A DNA stretch of 64,000 nt from Prevotella sp. UBA4330 (GCA_002394385.1 DGTS01000011.1:60722-124721); one strand, 5' to 3'. Positions 37,086 through 49,090 are shown, counted from the stretch's first letter. Translations and numbers: made by a program. The notes: generated from the letters alone by a model not told the origin.

Positions 37086-39176
37086 ATGCAAAAAGGAAAC
37101 ATTGGGGTTACAACCGAGAACATATTCCCCGTAATCAAAAAGTTCTTGTACTCTGACCATGAGATATTCCTGCGCGAGATGGTAAGCAATGCTGTTGACG
37201 CTACGCAGAAGTTGAAAACACTTGCCGACAAGGGCGACTTCAAGGGCGAACTGGGCGACATCACCGTAAGGGTAAGTCTTGACAAGGACAAGGGAACACT
37301 CACCATTAGCGACCGAGGCATCGGAATGACCGAGGAGGAGATTGACAAGTACATCAATCAGATAGCATTCTCAGGTGTCACCGACTTCCTCGACAAATAC
37401 AAGGATTCGGCAAACGCCATCATCGGTCACTTCGGTCTGGGCTTCTATTCGTCATTTATGGTTTCAAAGAAGGTGGAAATCATCACCAAGAGTTATAAGG
37501 ACGGGGCAAAGGCTGTTAAGTGGTCGTGCGACGGCTCGCCAGAATTCACCATCGAGGACGCAGAGAAGGCTGAGCGAGGCTCTGACATCGTGCTCTATAT
37601 TGACGATGACTGCAAAGAGTATCTTGAGAAAGCACAGATAGAGCAGTTGTTGCAGAAGTACTGCAAGTTCATGCCCGTAACCATCGCCTTCGGCAAGGAG
37701 ACTGAATGGAAAGACGGAAAGCAGGTGGACACCGACAAGGACCATATTATAAATAATGTGGAGCCGCTGTGGACAAAGACGCCAAGCACGCTGAAGGACG
37801 AGGATTACAAGAGTTTCTATCGCACCCTCTATCCCATGAGCGACGAGCCGCTGTTCTGGATTCACCTCAACGTGGACTATCCCTTCAACCTTACGGGTAT
37901 CCTCTATTTCCCCCGCATCAAGAACTCGCTGGAGCTGCAGCGTAACAAGATTCAGCTCTATTGCAACCAGGTGTTTGTAACTGACCAGTTGGAGGCAACA
38001 AGAGAACCAGATGGAACTGCCAAGACCGGAGGTATTGTCCCTGAGTTCCTTACTCTGCTCCATGGTGTTATCGACTCGCCAGACATACCGCTGAACGTCA
38101 GCCGCAGTTATCTGCAGAGCGACCGCAAGGTGAAACAGATTTCCACCTATATCACTAAGAAGGTGGCTGACCGCTTGAAGGCTATCTTCAACGAGGACCG
38201 CAAGGCCTACGAGGAGAAGTGGGACAACCTGAAGCTCTTCATCAACTACGGCATCCTGACCGAGGAGAACTTCTACGACCGCGCGAAGGACTTTGCACTG
38301 CTGAAAGACGTTGACGGCAAATACTTTACATTCGAGGAATACCGCACCCTGATAAAAGACACACAAACAGACAAGGACGGAAACCTCATTTATCTTTACG
38401 CCAACAACAAGGAGGAGCAGTACACCTATATCGAGGCTGCACGACAGAAGGGCTACAGCGTGCTGCTGATGGATGGACAACTTGACACTCCTGCCATGTC
38501 AATGCTGGAGCAGAAGTTCGAGAAGAGTCGCTTCACACGCGTCGATGCAGACATCATAGACCGCCTTATAGTCAAGGAAGATGCTCCTAAGCAGACCCTC
38601 GACGCTGACACTGCTGACAATTTGTCACAGGCTTTCCGCTCACAGATGCCAAGTCTTGAGAAGACCGAGTTTTATGTTGAGGTGCAGGCACTGGGCGAGA
38701 ATGCACAGCCAGTGCTCATCACTCAGAGCGAGTATATGCGCCGTATGAAGGACATCTCACGCTATCAGCAGGGAATGGCGTTCTATGCCGAGATGCCCGA
38801 CACCTACAGTCTGGTGCTCAACAGCGACCATCCACTAATAAAGAAGGTGCTCGACGACGAGAAGGAAAAGACCGCTGAGACACTGAAGCCGATACTGAGC
38901 GAGATAAAAGGTCAGGAGGCTCGCCTCGCCGCTCTGCGCCAGTCGCAGGACAAGAAGAAGCCTGAGGAAATCTCACAAGAGGAGAAAGACGACGTGAGCA
39001 ACACCCAGAAGGCCATCGACGAGCAGCGAACGAAGAAGCAGCAGGTGATTGCCGACTATGCAAAGGGCAACGACATACTGCACCAACTCATCGACCTAGC
39101 CCTGTTGCAGAACGGAATGTTGAAGGGCGCAGCGCTCGACAAGTTCCTGAAACGCAGCATCGACCTCATCAAGTAA
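37086..39176 (+). CDS. htpG: Molecular chaperone HtpG (Hsp90)
   Basis: IFLREMVSNAVDA, DRGIGMT, IGHFGLGFYS, LYCNQVFV, GVIDSPDIPLNVSRSYLQ. Confidence 0.98.
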   Translation: MQKGNIGVTTENIFPVIKKFLYSDHEIFLREMVSNAVDATQKLKTLADKGDFKGELGDITVRVSLDKDKGTLTISDRGIGMTEEEIDKYINQIAFSGVTDFLDKYKDSANAIIGHFGLGFYSSFMVSKKVEIITKSYKDGAKAVKWSCDGSPEFTIEDAEKAERGSDIVLYIDDDCKEYLEKAQIEQLLQKYCKFMPVTIAFGKETEWKDGKQVDTDKDHIINNVEPLWTKTPSTLKDEDYKSFYRTLYPMSDEPLFWIHLNVDYPFNLTGILYFPRIKNSLELQRNKIQLYCNQVFVTDQLEATREPDGTAKTGGIVPEFLTLLHGVIDSPDIPLNVSRSYLQSDRKVKQISTYITKKVADRLKAIFNEDRKAYEEKWDNLKLFINYGILTEENFYDRAKDFALLKDVDGKYFTFEEYRTLIKDTQTDKDGNLIYLYANNKEEQYTYIEAARQKGYSVLLMDGQLDTPAMSMLEQKFEKSRFTRVDADIIDRLIVKEDAPKQTLDADTADNLSQAFRSQMPSLEKTEFYVEVQALGENAQPVLITQSEYMRRMKDISRYQQGMAFYAEMPDTYSLVLNSDHPLIKKVLDDEKEKTAETLKPILSEIKGQEARLAALRQSQDKKKPEEISQEEKDDVSNTQKAIDEQRTKKQQVIADYAKGNDILHQLIDLALLQNGMLKGAALDKFLKRSIDLIK

Positions 39177-39219
39177 CCGCTTCCAGCCTTACTATAAGGC
39201 GAAAAGCATACATACGAAC

Positions 39220-39250
39220 AAGGGCATCGGAATCGCTTCCGATGCCCTTT
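39220..39250. terminator. Intrinsic terminator after htpG
   Basis: Hairpin AAGGGCATCGGAA-TCGC-TTCCGATGCCCTT followed by Ts. Confidence 0.8.
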
Positions 39251-39361
39251 TATTATCATTCGGCACCAATATAATACCCCGTATCATGCTGTATTATGCA
39301 ACAATTCGCCTGTTACTTATCGTCAAAGTGGCCGCTATATGCTTTCAGTTTGTTTTTTTTG

Positions 39362-39469
39362 CTAAGCATTGCATATCAAGTGCCGCCTCATCAACGGTTC
39401 TCTATCGGCAATAGCACCTATGCTTTGCCATAGTTCAGTGTTCATCGTATTTAATTGTACTGCTGTCAT
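39362..39469 (-). pseudogene. Truncated small gene resembling Prevotella toxin-antitoxin antitoxin-like proteins
   Basis: Minus-strand promoter element TATATTTG (39506-39499), then MTAVQLNTMNTELWQSIGAIADREPLMRRHLICNA*. The N-terminus resembles a small Prevotella family I recall; the frame appears to break after about aa 29. Confidence 0.45.
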
Positions 39470-39646
39470 AATTCCAAACTTATTTACTTATTCTGTTGCA
39501 AATATACATAGAATAAATGAAATCACGAAAAAAGGAAGGTAAAAAAGATGATGTCATCCACACGAAAAACGCTCTGAGCCGACGAAAAATGCCCTTTGGC
39601 AACCCCACTGAGTATCAATGGGTTACAAAAAGCACACAAACGGGGC

Positions 39647-39734
39647 AACAAAGTTATTAACTTTGTTCAACAATCCTATTAACTTTGTTCGACTATGTTA
39701 ATAACTTTGTTCGACAATCTTATTAACTTTGTTT
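39647..39734. repeat. Four tandem 22-bp palindromic units (same family), element in reverse orientation
   Basis: Units at 39647, 39669, 39691 and 39713, followed by 22-nt-period TATCTTTCGG-type units from 39744. Confidence 0.9.
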
Positions 39735-39844
39735 CGCCGTTTGATATCTTTCGGAAAGCGAAAGGATATATATGGGCAGGCAGAAAGACAAAAACGGGCA
39801 TGCCGAAGCATATCTCTGGGCACACGAATGATGTGCTCCCGTAA

Positions 39845-41551
<1,707 letters not shown>

Positions 41552-41553
41552 GA

Positions 41554-41569
41554 TGGCACACTTTTTGCA
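41554..41569 (+). promoter_or_regulatory. Sigma54 (RpoN) -24/-12 promoter upstream of grpE-dnaJ
   Basis: TGGCACACTTTTTGCA, with GG-N10-GC spacing, 52 nt before the grpE ATG. Confidence 0.7.
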
Positions 41570-41620
41570 CTCATCATAAGTGCAGGCAATGGTGCCAAAC
41601 GTCTTAACATAATAATCATC

Positions 41621-42232
41621 ATGGACAAAGAAGAAAGAAAGATAAACATAGAGGACGGCGACCAGCAGGACGACGGACTCAACAAGGAGGAGGAAAAGCA
41701 GGAGAAAGAGGCTGCCGCCGATGCTGAAAACACTACAGAAGAAGGGGAAAAGGCAGAAGAGACAGCCGAAGAAGAGACCGACCCTCTGGACAAGGCTCTC
41801 GAAGAAATAAAAGAACTGAAAGAGCAACTGCTCTACAAGGCTGCCGAGTTTGACAACTTCCGCCGCCGCACAATCAAGGAGAAGGCCGAGTTGATTCTTA
41901 ACGGCTCGGAGAAGGCTGTACAGGCTGTGCTCCCCGTTGCCGACGACATGGAGCGCGCACTCGAGAACGGCGAGAAGACCGACGACCCGCAAGTGCTGAA
42001 AGAGGGCATGGAACTCATCTACCAGAAGTTCATGAAGGCTCTCGAAAGTCTCGGTGTCAAGAAGATTGACACCACCGATGCCGACTTCGACGTCGATTTT
42101 CACGAGGCCATAGCAATGGTTCCGGGCATGGGCGACGAGAAGAGCGGCAAGGTGCTCGACTGCGTACAGACAGGTTACACACTTAACGATAAGGTTATCA
42201 GACATGCCAAAGTGGCAGTAGGACAACGCTAA
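41621..42232 (+). CDS. grpE: Nucleotide exchange factor GrpE
   Basis: Acidic N-terminus, AEFDNFRRRT, LPVADDMERAL, FHEAI, QTGYTLNDKVIRHAKVAV. Confidence 0.96.
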   Translation: MDKEERKINIEDGDQQDDGLNKEEEKQEKEAAADAENTTEEGEKAEETAEEETDPLDKALEEIKELKEQLLYKAAEFDNFRRRTIKEKAELILNGSEKAVQAVLPVADDMERALENGEKTDDPQVLKEGMELIYQKFMKALESLGVKKIDTTDADFDVDFHEAIAMVPGMGDEKSGKVLDCVQTGYTLNDKVIRHAKVAVGQR

Positions 42233-42238
42233 ACAGAA

Positions 42239-43405
42239 ATGGCAAAGAGAGACTACTACGAGGTGCTTGGTGTTGACAAGAACGCCTCAGAGGAAGAAAT
42301 AAAGAAGGCGTATCGCAAGATTGCCATCAAGTATCACCCCGACCGCAACCCCGGCGACAAAGAGGCCGAGGAGAAATTCAAGGAAGCGGCAGAGGCCTAC
42401 GACGTGCTGCACGACGCACAAAAGCGCCAGCAGTATGACCAGTTCGGATTTAACGGACCGGCAGGAGCGGGCGGTTTCGGCGGCTTCGGTGGCGAAGGGT
42501 TCTCTATGGACGACATCTTCTCGATGTTCGGCGATGTGTTCGGCGGGCGCGGAGGATTCGGCGGATTCAGCGGTTTCGGAGGAGGCGGCTATCGACAGCC
42601 CGCCCAGCATCGAGGCAGCGACCTGCGCCTGAAGGTGAAACTGTCGCTACAGGAAGTGGCAACAGGCGTCACCAAGAAGTTCAAGGTGAAGAAAGACATC
42701 ACCTGTCCGCATTGCCACGGAACAGGAGCAGAAAGCGGCAGCGGCAGCGAGACATGTCCGACGTGTCACGGCTCGGGTGTTGAGATTCGCACCCAGCAGA
42801 GCATCTTCGGCATGATGCAGACACAGACGGTGTGCCACACATGCGGAGGCGAAGGCAAGGTGATTAAGAACAAGTGTCACGAGTGCGGCGGAACAGGTGT
42901 CGTTAAGGGCGAGGAGGTTGTCGAAATATCAATACCGGCCGGCGTAGCAGAAGGAATGGTGGTCAATGTCCCCAACAAAGGAAACGCCGGAAGGCACAAC
43001 GGAATACCCGGAAACATTCAGGTGTTCATAAGCGAGGAGCCTAACGACACATTCGTAAGAGACGGCAACGACCTTATCTATAATCTGCTGCTCGACTTCC
43101 CTACGGCTGCTCTCGGCGGCAATGTAGAGATTCCGACAATCGACGGCTCAAAGGTGAAGATAAAAATAGACCCCGGCACACAGCCTGGAAAGACGCTCCG
43201 ACTGCGCGGGAAAGGACTGCCCGAGGTGAAAGGTTATGGCAGCGGAACTGGTGATGTTGTGGTCAACATCAGCGTTTATGTGCCAAAGACACTGAGCCGC
43301 GACGAGAAGGAGACTCTTGAAGGATTGCAGCAGAGCGACAACTTCAAAGGAGACTCTTCCACGAAGAAGAGCATCTTCGAGAAGTTCAAGAACTATTTCT
43401 CATAA
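42239..43405 (+). CDS. dnaJ: Molecular chaperone DnaJ
   Basis: J domain with HPD, G/F region, four CxxCxGxG repeats, C-terminal domain. Confidence 0.98.
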   Translation: MAKRDYYEVLGVDKNASEEEIKKAYRKIAIKYHPDRNPGDKEAEEKFKEAAEAYDVLHDAQKRQQYDQFGFNGPAGAGGFGGFGGEGFSMDDIFSMFGDVFGGRGGFGGFSGFGGGGYRQPAQHRGSDLRLKVKLSLQEVATGVTKKFKVKKDITCPHCHGTGAESGSGSETCPTCHGSGVEIRTQQSIFGMMQTQTVCHTCGGEGKVIKNKCHECGGTGVVKGEEVVEISIPAGVAEGMVVNVPNKGNAGRHNGIPGNIQVFISEEPNDTFVRDGNDLIYNLLLDFPTAALGGNVEIPTIDGSKVKIKIDPGTQPGKTLRLRGKGLPEVKGYGSGTGDVVVNISVYVPKTLSRDEKETLEGLQQSDNFKGDSSTKKSIFEKFKNYFS

Positions 43406-43420
43406 AACTATGGGTTTAAA

Positions 43421-43535
43421 GGAGTTAAGGAGCCATGGAGTTAAGGAGTTAAGACATTAGTTTGGTATTCCTAATTTATAAGGAATTAAATCAATAACAA
43501 TTGTCTTAACTCCTTAACTTCATAAATCCTTAACA
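43421..43535. repeat. GGAGTTAA-unit inverted repeat element (long hairpin)
   Basis: GGAGTTAAGACA (43445) pairs with TGTCTTAACTCC (43502), with outer GGAGTTAA/TTAACTCC-like units. Confidence 0.7.
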
Positions 43536-43564
43536 CCAAAACATTAACAAACGAATAACCACAA

Positions 43565-44788
43565 ATGACATACGAGGAAACCATACAGTATCTTTACAAC
43601 TCCGTACCGATGTTCCAGAACGTCGGGGCGGCAGGTTATAAGGAAGGACTGCAGAACACACTGACTCTTGACGAGCACTTCGGACACCCTCACCGCACGT
43701 TCCGCACCGTTCACGTGGCAGGTACCAACGGCAAGGGTTCTTGCTCGCACACCATAGCGGCGATGCTTCAGAGCGCAGGATTCAAGGTTGGACTATACAC
43801 TTCTCCTCATCTCGTGGATTTCCGCGAGCGCATCCGCATCAACGGAAAGTGTATCAGCAAGCAGTATGTCATTAACTTCGTAAAGCGGGAACGCAGTTTC
43901 TTCGAGCCGCTCCATCCATCGTTCTTCGAACTCACCACAGCCCTTGCGTTCAAATACTTCGCCGAACAAAAGGTTGACTGGGCGGTCATCGAAGTGGGGC
44001 TTGGCGGCCGTCTCGACTGCACCAACATCATTAAGCCCGAACTGAGCATCATCACCAACATATCGTTCGACCACACCGCGTTCCTCGGCGACACGCTGGC
44101 AAAGATAGCAACAGAGAAGGCCGGCATCATAAAACCCGAAACTCCTGTTGTCATAGGCGAAACGAACGAGGAAACGAAACCCGTTTTTGAAAGCATTGCA
44201 AAGCAAAACAACGCCCCCATTTTCTTTGCCGAAGAAGAGAGCCTTCCTGAATATGACGACATAGAGTTTGAACTGAAAGGCAGTTACCAGAAGAAAAACA
44301 GGGCAACAATACTATGCGCCGCGAAGCGACTTGGCATCCCGCGCGACGCCATAAAGAGCGGAATGGCTAACGTATGCGAGGCAACAGGGCTCATCGGAAG
44401 ATGGCAGACACTGCGCAAAGAGCCGCTCGTGATATGCGACACCGGTCACAACGTGGGCGGATGGCAGTATCTTTCAGAGCAGATAAAGCAGGTGCCCTGC
44501 CAGACACGCCGCATCGTTTTCGGAATGGTTGACGACAAAGACATCAACACGGTGATGACCATGCTGCCCAAAGATGCCGTCTATTACTGGGCACAAGCAG
44601 AAACAAAGCGCGCCATAAGCCATGAAAAGGTAAAGGAGACGGGCAAGAGTCACGGCCTGAAAGGCAACTCCTACCCCACCGTCATCGAAGCATACCGCGC
44701 CGCACTGTCCGACGCAGCACCAGCAGATTTTGTGTTTGTAGGCGGCAGCAGTTATGTCGTTGCAGACTTACTTTCAGAAAACATTTAG
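43565..44788 (+). CDS. folC: Folylpolyglutamate synthase / dihydrofolate synthase
   Basis: HVAGTNGKGS, YTSPHL, FRERI, EVGLGGRLDCTN, DTGHN. Confidence 0.95.
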   Translation: MTYEETIQYLYNSVPMFQNVGAAGYKEGLQNTLTLDEHFGHPHRTFRTVHVAGTNGKGSCSHTIAAMLQSAGFKVGLYTSPHLVDFRERIRINGKCISKQYVINFVKRERSFFEPLHPSFFELTTALAFKYFAEQKVDWAVIEVGLGGRLDCTNIIKPELSIITNISFDHTAFLGDTLAKIATEKAGIIKPETPVVIGETNEETKPVFESIAKQNNAPIFFAEEESLPEYDDIEFELKGSYQKKNRATILCAAKRLGIPRDAIKSGMANVCEATGLIGRWQTLRKEPLVICDTGHNVGGWQYLSEQIKQVPCQTRRIVFGMVDDKDINTVMTMLPKDAVYYWAQAETKRAISHEKVKETGKSHGLKGNSYPTVIEAYRAALSDAAPADFVFVGGSSYVVADLLSENI

Positions 44789-44881
44789 TCGTTTTTAACG
44801 TATTTTTTGTCATTTCGTTTGCTGTTCTCAATTATTTTTGCTTACTTTGCAACTAAGTTTACTAACAATCAAACTTTTTGA

Positions 44882-45973
44882 ATGATGAACACAAACGAGA
44901 CACAATCTTTGTGTGGTCTGAAACGCTCAGACTTTCAGACCACGGTAAACGGTAAGAATACCGATTTGTATATCCTTAAAAATAGTGCTGGGAACGAGGT
45001 AGCCATAACAAACTATGGTGGTGCCTTGGTAGCGATAATGGTTCCTGACAAGGACGGCAACATCGCAAACGTGGTGCAGGGGCACGACAACATCCAGGAA
45101 GTAATCAACAGTCCAGAGCCTTATCTTTCAACCCTTATCGGACGTTTCGGTAACAGAATAAAGGAAGGCAAGTTCCAACTGAACGGAAAACAATACCAAC
45201 TTGCCATAAACAATGGGCCAAACGCACTGCACGGCGGACCAACAGGATTCCACGCACAAGTATGGGACGCTTTCCAGATGAGCGACAACACATTGGTACT
45301 TAATTATACCTCTCCTTACCTTGAGGAGGGATTCACCGGAGAGGTGAAGACAACGGTTGTCTATAACTTCAGCGACGATAACGAATTGATTATCGGATAC
45401 ATGGCAACCACAAACAAGAAAACCATAATCAATCTTACAAACCACGCTTTCTTCTCACTCGCAGGAATAGCCAACCCTACTCCTACCATCGACGACCTCG
45501 AGTGCGAAATCAATGCCGACTTCTATCTGCCTATCGATGAAACAAGCATACCGACAGGCGAGATACTGAAGGTCGAGGGCACACCTTTCGACTTCCGCAC
45601 CGCGAAGCCAGTAGGACAAGACATTGATGCAGACAACGAGCAGATTCGCAACGGTAATGGTTATGACCACTGCTTCGTGCTGAACAAGCACGAGGAAGGC
45701 GAACTGAGTTTTGCAGCCCGTATCAAAGACCCGAACAGCGGACGCACAATGGAGGTTTACACCACAGAGCCAGGTGTTCAGGTTTACACCGACAACTGGG
45801 CAGACGGATATAAGGGACAGCACGGCGCGACATTCCCACGCCGCTCGGCTATCTGCTTCGAGGCACAGCACTTCCCCGACTCGCCAAACCGTCCTTACTT
45901 CCCGTCGGTAGTGCTCCGTCCAGGACAGCAATACAAGCAGAAGACTATTTATAAATTTGGAGTAGAGAAATAA
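44882..45973 (+). CDS. galM: Aldose 1-epimerase (galactose mutarotase)
   Basis: IGRFGNRI, LHGG, NLTNHAFF, GYDHCF, ICFEAQHFPDSPN. Confidence 0.95.
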   Translation: MMNTNETQSLCGLKRSDFQTTVNGKNTDLYILKNSAGNEVAITNYGGALVAIMVPDKDGNIANVVQGHDNIQEVINSPEPYLSTLIGRFGNRIKEGKFQLNGKQYQLAINNGPNALHGGPTGFHAQVWDAFQMSDNTLVLNYTSPYLEEGFTGEVKTTVVYNFSDDNELIIGYMATTNKKTIINLTNHAFFSLAGIANPTPTIDDLECEINADFYLPIDETSIPTGEILKVEGTPFDFRTAKPVGQDIDADNEQIRNGNGYDHCFVLNKHEEGELSFAARIKDPNSGRTMEVYTTEPGVQVYTDNWADGYKGQHGATFPRRSAICFEAQHFPDSPNRPYFPSVVLRPGQQYKQKTIYKFGVEK

Positions 45974-46019
45974 ACCACTAAAATCCTCAAACAATTAAAA
46001 AAAAAACTGCAATACTATT

Positions 46020-47333
46020 ATGAGCAATCAAAAGCAAATGAATGGCAGTGTTATTGCCATTATTACCATGTTCTTCCTCTACGCGATGATAGCGTTCGTA
46101 ACCAATCTCGGTGCTCCTATCGGCGTCATCTGGAAGAGCCAGCCAGGCATTGACGGCAATAACATGCTCGGCATGATGGGTAACTTCATGAACTTCTTCG
46201 CTTACCTGTTCATGGGTATCCCCGCCGGCAAGATGCTTACTAAGGTAGGTTATAAGAAATCGGCACTCATTGGTATCGCCGTAGGTTTCGTCGGCGTGCT
46301 GATACAGTATATTTCAAGTTTCCCCGAGGGCATTCCAGGTTTCTGTGTTTATCTGCTTGGTGCATTCATCTCAGGATTCTCTGTCTGCATACTTAACACC
46401 GTGGTTAACCCGATGCTCAACCTCCTTGGCGGTGGCGGCAACCGTGGTAACCAGTTGAACCTCATCGGTGGTACGCTGAACTCTCTGACCGGCACACTCA
46501 CCCCGATGCTTGTGGGCGCTCTTATCGGCGAGGTAACAAAGTCAACACAGATGGCAGACGTGAACCTCGTGATGTTCATCGCAATGGCAGTCTTCGCACT
46601 AGCATTCATCGCGCTGGTGTTCATTCCTATTCAAGACCCGGAACTGGGCAAGGTAACCGCCGACACCAAGTTCGAGCACTCTCCTTGGTCGTTCCGTCAC
46701 TGCACACTGGGTGTCATCGCAATTTTCTTCTACGTAGGTGTTGAGGTTGGTATTCCAGGAGCCCTGAACTTCTATTTGTCTGACGGCACGGAGAAGGGCG
46801 CCGGTCTGGTGGCTAATGCCGCCATGATAGGTGGTGCTGTGGCTGCAATGTACTGGCTGCTGATGCTTTGCGGCCGTCTGGTTTCAGGCTTCATTGCCGG
46901 CAAGGTGTCGTCACGTCAACTGATGCTCTGCACCACGAGCGTTGCCATGATACTTATTCTGGCTGCAATGTTCATCCCCAAGACCAACACCATCAGCATG
47001 CCGCTGTTCGACATCATGAACTTCAAGTTCTGGTCGGCTACAGTTCCTATCAGCGCCCTGCTGCTCGTGCTTTGCGGTCTTTGCACTTCAATCATGTGGG
47101 CAAGTATCTTCAACCTCGCCACCGAGGGATTGGGTAAATACACCGCCCAGGCCAGCGGCATCTTCATGATGATGGTTGTAGGCGGTGGCGTTCTGCCGCT
47201 CATCCAGGGCTGGTTCTCCAACTTCATGGGTTACATGCCGAGTTACTTCGTTTACTTCCTCGCCGTGGCATACATGTTCTACTATGCACTCATCGGCTGC
47301 AAGAACGTAAACAAAGACATCCCTGTGGATTAA
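46020..47333 (+). CDS. MFS sugar transporter (FucP/GluP family), probable galactose permease
   Basis: 12-TM pattern, LNTVVNP, YVGVEVG, SIMWASIF, MMVVGG. It lies between galM and galK. Confidence 0.88.
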   Translation: MSNQKQMNGSVIAIITMFFLYAMIAFVTNLGAPIGVIWKSQPGIDGNNMLGMMGNFMNFFAYLFMGIPAGKMLTKVGYKKSALIGIAVGFVGVLIQYISSFPEGIPGFCVYLLGAFISGFSVCILNTVVNPMLNLLGGGGNRGNQLNLIGGTLNSLTGTLTPMLVGALIGEVTKSTQMADVNLVMFIAMAVFALAFIALVFIPIQDPELGKVTADTKFEHSPWSFRHCTLGVIAIFFYVGVEVGIPGALNFYLSDGTEKGAGLVANAAMIGGAVAAMYWLLMLCGRLVSGFIAGKVSSRQLMLCTTSVAMILILAAMFIPKTNTISMPLFDIMNFKFWSATVPISALLLVLCGLCTSIMWASIFNLATEGLGKYTAQASGIFMMMVVGGGVLPLIQGWFSNFMGYMPSYFVYFLAVAYMFYYALIGCKNVNKDIPVD

Positions 47334-47422
47334 AAAATCATGCCCCGTCACCACTTCATATATTAGTCAGTGTTGACGGGGCTTCACCTTTATAACAACT
47401 AACCTTATAAAACAGTTTAACT

Positions 47423-48586
47423 ATGGACATAAATCATGTAAGAAGTCGCTTCATTAAGCATTTTGACGGTAAAACAGGTAAGATATATGCTTCTCCAGGT
47501 CGCATCAACCTCATTGGCGAGCACACCGACTATAACGGCGGTTTCGTATTCCCGGGCGCAGTGGATTGCGGCATCATGGCTGAGGTGAGACCAAATGGCA
47601 CCGACACCGTGATGTGCTATGCCATCGACCTCAAGGACCGCGTAGAGTTCAAGGTTGACGACCCGAAGGGTCCAAAGACCAGTTGGGCACGCTACATCTA
47701 CGGCATCATTCAGGAGATGAAGAAGCGCGGCGTTGACGTTAAGGGCTTCAACACCGCATTCTCAGGCGACGTTCCTCTCGGCGCCGGAATGTCATCGTCG
47801 GCAGCACTCGAGAGTTGCTTCGCATTCGCCATCAACGACCTCTTCGGCGAGAACAAGGTGTCTAAGTGGGACATGGTGCTTGCCGGACAGGCTACCGAGC
47901 ACAACTACTGCGGCGTAAACTGCGGTATCATGGACCAGTTTGCAAGCGTCTTCGGACAGGCAGGCAAACTGATGCGCCTCGACTGCCGCTCACGCGAGTT
48001 CGAGTATTTCCCATTCGACCCTAAGGGCTACAAACTCGTGCTGCTCAACTCTTGCGTAAAACACGAACTGGCAGGCTCTCCCTACAACGACCGCCGCAAT
48101 TCTTGCGAGAACGTTGTGAAGCATATCGCAGCAAAACACCCCGAAGGCAAGTTCGAGACTCTGCGCGACTGCACATGGAAGCAACTTGACGAGGTACGCG
48201 CCGAGGTTGGCGAAGAAGACTTCAAGCGTGCTCACTTCGTGCTCGGAGAGAAAGACCGTGTGCTCGCAGTGTGCGATGCTCTTGTTGCCGGCGACTATGA
48301 AACCGTTGGAAAGAAGATGTACGAGACTCACGAAGGCCTGTCCAAGGAATATGAGGTATCGTGCGAAGAACTCGACTTCCTAAACGACATAGCACGCGAG
48401 AACGGCGTTACCGGTAGCCGTATCATGGGCGGCGGTTTCGGCGGATGCACCATCAACCTCGTAAAAGACGAACTCTACGACCAGTTCATTGCCGACGCCA
48501 AGGCAAAGTATTCTGCCAAGTACGGCAAGGAGCCAAAGGTTATCGACGTTGTCATCGGCGACGGCTCGCGCAAGATTTCAGACTAA
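47423..48586 (+). CDS. galK: Galactokinase
   Basis: PGRINLIGEHTDYN, PLGAGMSSSAALE, CGIMDQ, GSRIMGGGFGG. Confidence 0.97.
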   Translation: MDINHVRSRFIKHFDGKTGKIYASPGRINLIGEHTDYNGGFVFPGAVDCGIMAEVRPNGTDTVMCYAIDLKDRVEFKVDDPKGPKTSWARYIYGIIQEMKKRGVDVKGFNTAFSGDVPLGAGMSSSAALESCFAFAINDLFGENKVSKWDMVLAGQATEHNYCGVNCGIMDQFASVFGQAGKLMRLDCRSREFEYFPFDPKGYKLVLLNSCVKHELAGSPYNDRRNSCENVVKHIAAKHPEGKFETLRDCTWKQLDEVRAEVGEEDFKRAHFVLGEKDRVLAVCDALVAGDYETVGKKMYETHEGLSKEYEVSCEELDFLNDIARENGVTGSRIMGGGFGGCTINLVKDELYDQFIADAKAKYSAKYGKEPKVIDVVIGDGSRKISD

Positions 48587-48633
48587 TCAGTAGGTTAACA
48601 AAAGTACACCAGAGATTCTAATCATAACCAGCG

Positions 48634-48666
48634 ATCCCTCTGCCCGACTCACTTGGGCAGGGGGAT
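48634..48666 (+). terminator. Intrinsic terminator after galK
   Basis: Hairpin ATCCCTCTGCCC-GACTCACTT-GGGCAGGGGGAT followed by TTTC. Confidence 0.7.
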
Positions 48667-48889
48667 TTTCATTATTACTTTGACTTTTCTTTTTGACTTA
48701 ATCGGTCAGAATACCTACTGCCAATAGTGTCAAACGGTATAGTTCCTTATGAGAACAAATGAAAGAATGAATATTCTAAAAAACTTTCAGAAAAACTTTT
48801 GGCATTTCCAAATTTTAGTTATCTTTGCAATCGAAATAATAAACACAATTGCTTATGTAACATAACAAAATAAAAGACATATCACAATT

Positions 48890-49070
48890 GAAGCGTTAGC
48901 TTTTTTCTTGTTTCGGAAATTTCGGCAAAAATTAAAGAAGCAATCAAGAGTAAAAGTAGTAACGCTCACGTGTCTGCACGTGGGCTTTTACTCGTTTATG
49001 ATTGCATGGTGTTTGCCGATACCTCCGAAACGTAGACGAAGTATAGTCCACGTTTTTTTTGTGCCTTATT
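48890..49070 (+). ncRNA. Long structured RNA element in the 5' leader of the LRR gene
   Basis: Nested complementary blocks: GTTTCGGA/TCCGAAAC, TCGGCAAA/TTTGCCGA, GCAATCA/TGATTGC, GAGTAAAAG/CTTTTACTC, with an apical CACGTG-TCTG-CACGTG. It ends CCACG-T8. The promoter TTTG (48798), 18 nt, TATCTTTG (48820) lies upstream. Confidence 0.6.
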
Positions 49071-49090
49071 AAAACATATCTGCAAACTCT

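Noticed and set aside
39647-39734. CRISPR array interpretation of the 22-bp repeats (also 11915, 30934, 63849, 55895)
   Set aside because: The units abut directly with no unique spacers, and no cas genes are in the window.
41563-41585. CIRCE/HrcA operator before grpE
   Set aside because: The GCACTC...AAGTGC arms are separated by 5 nt rather than 9 and the outer arms do not match. A sigma54 promoter explains the sequence better.
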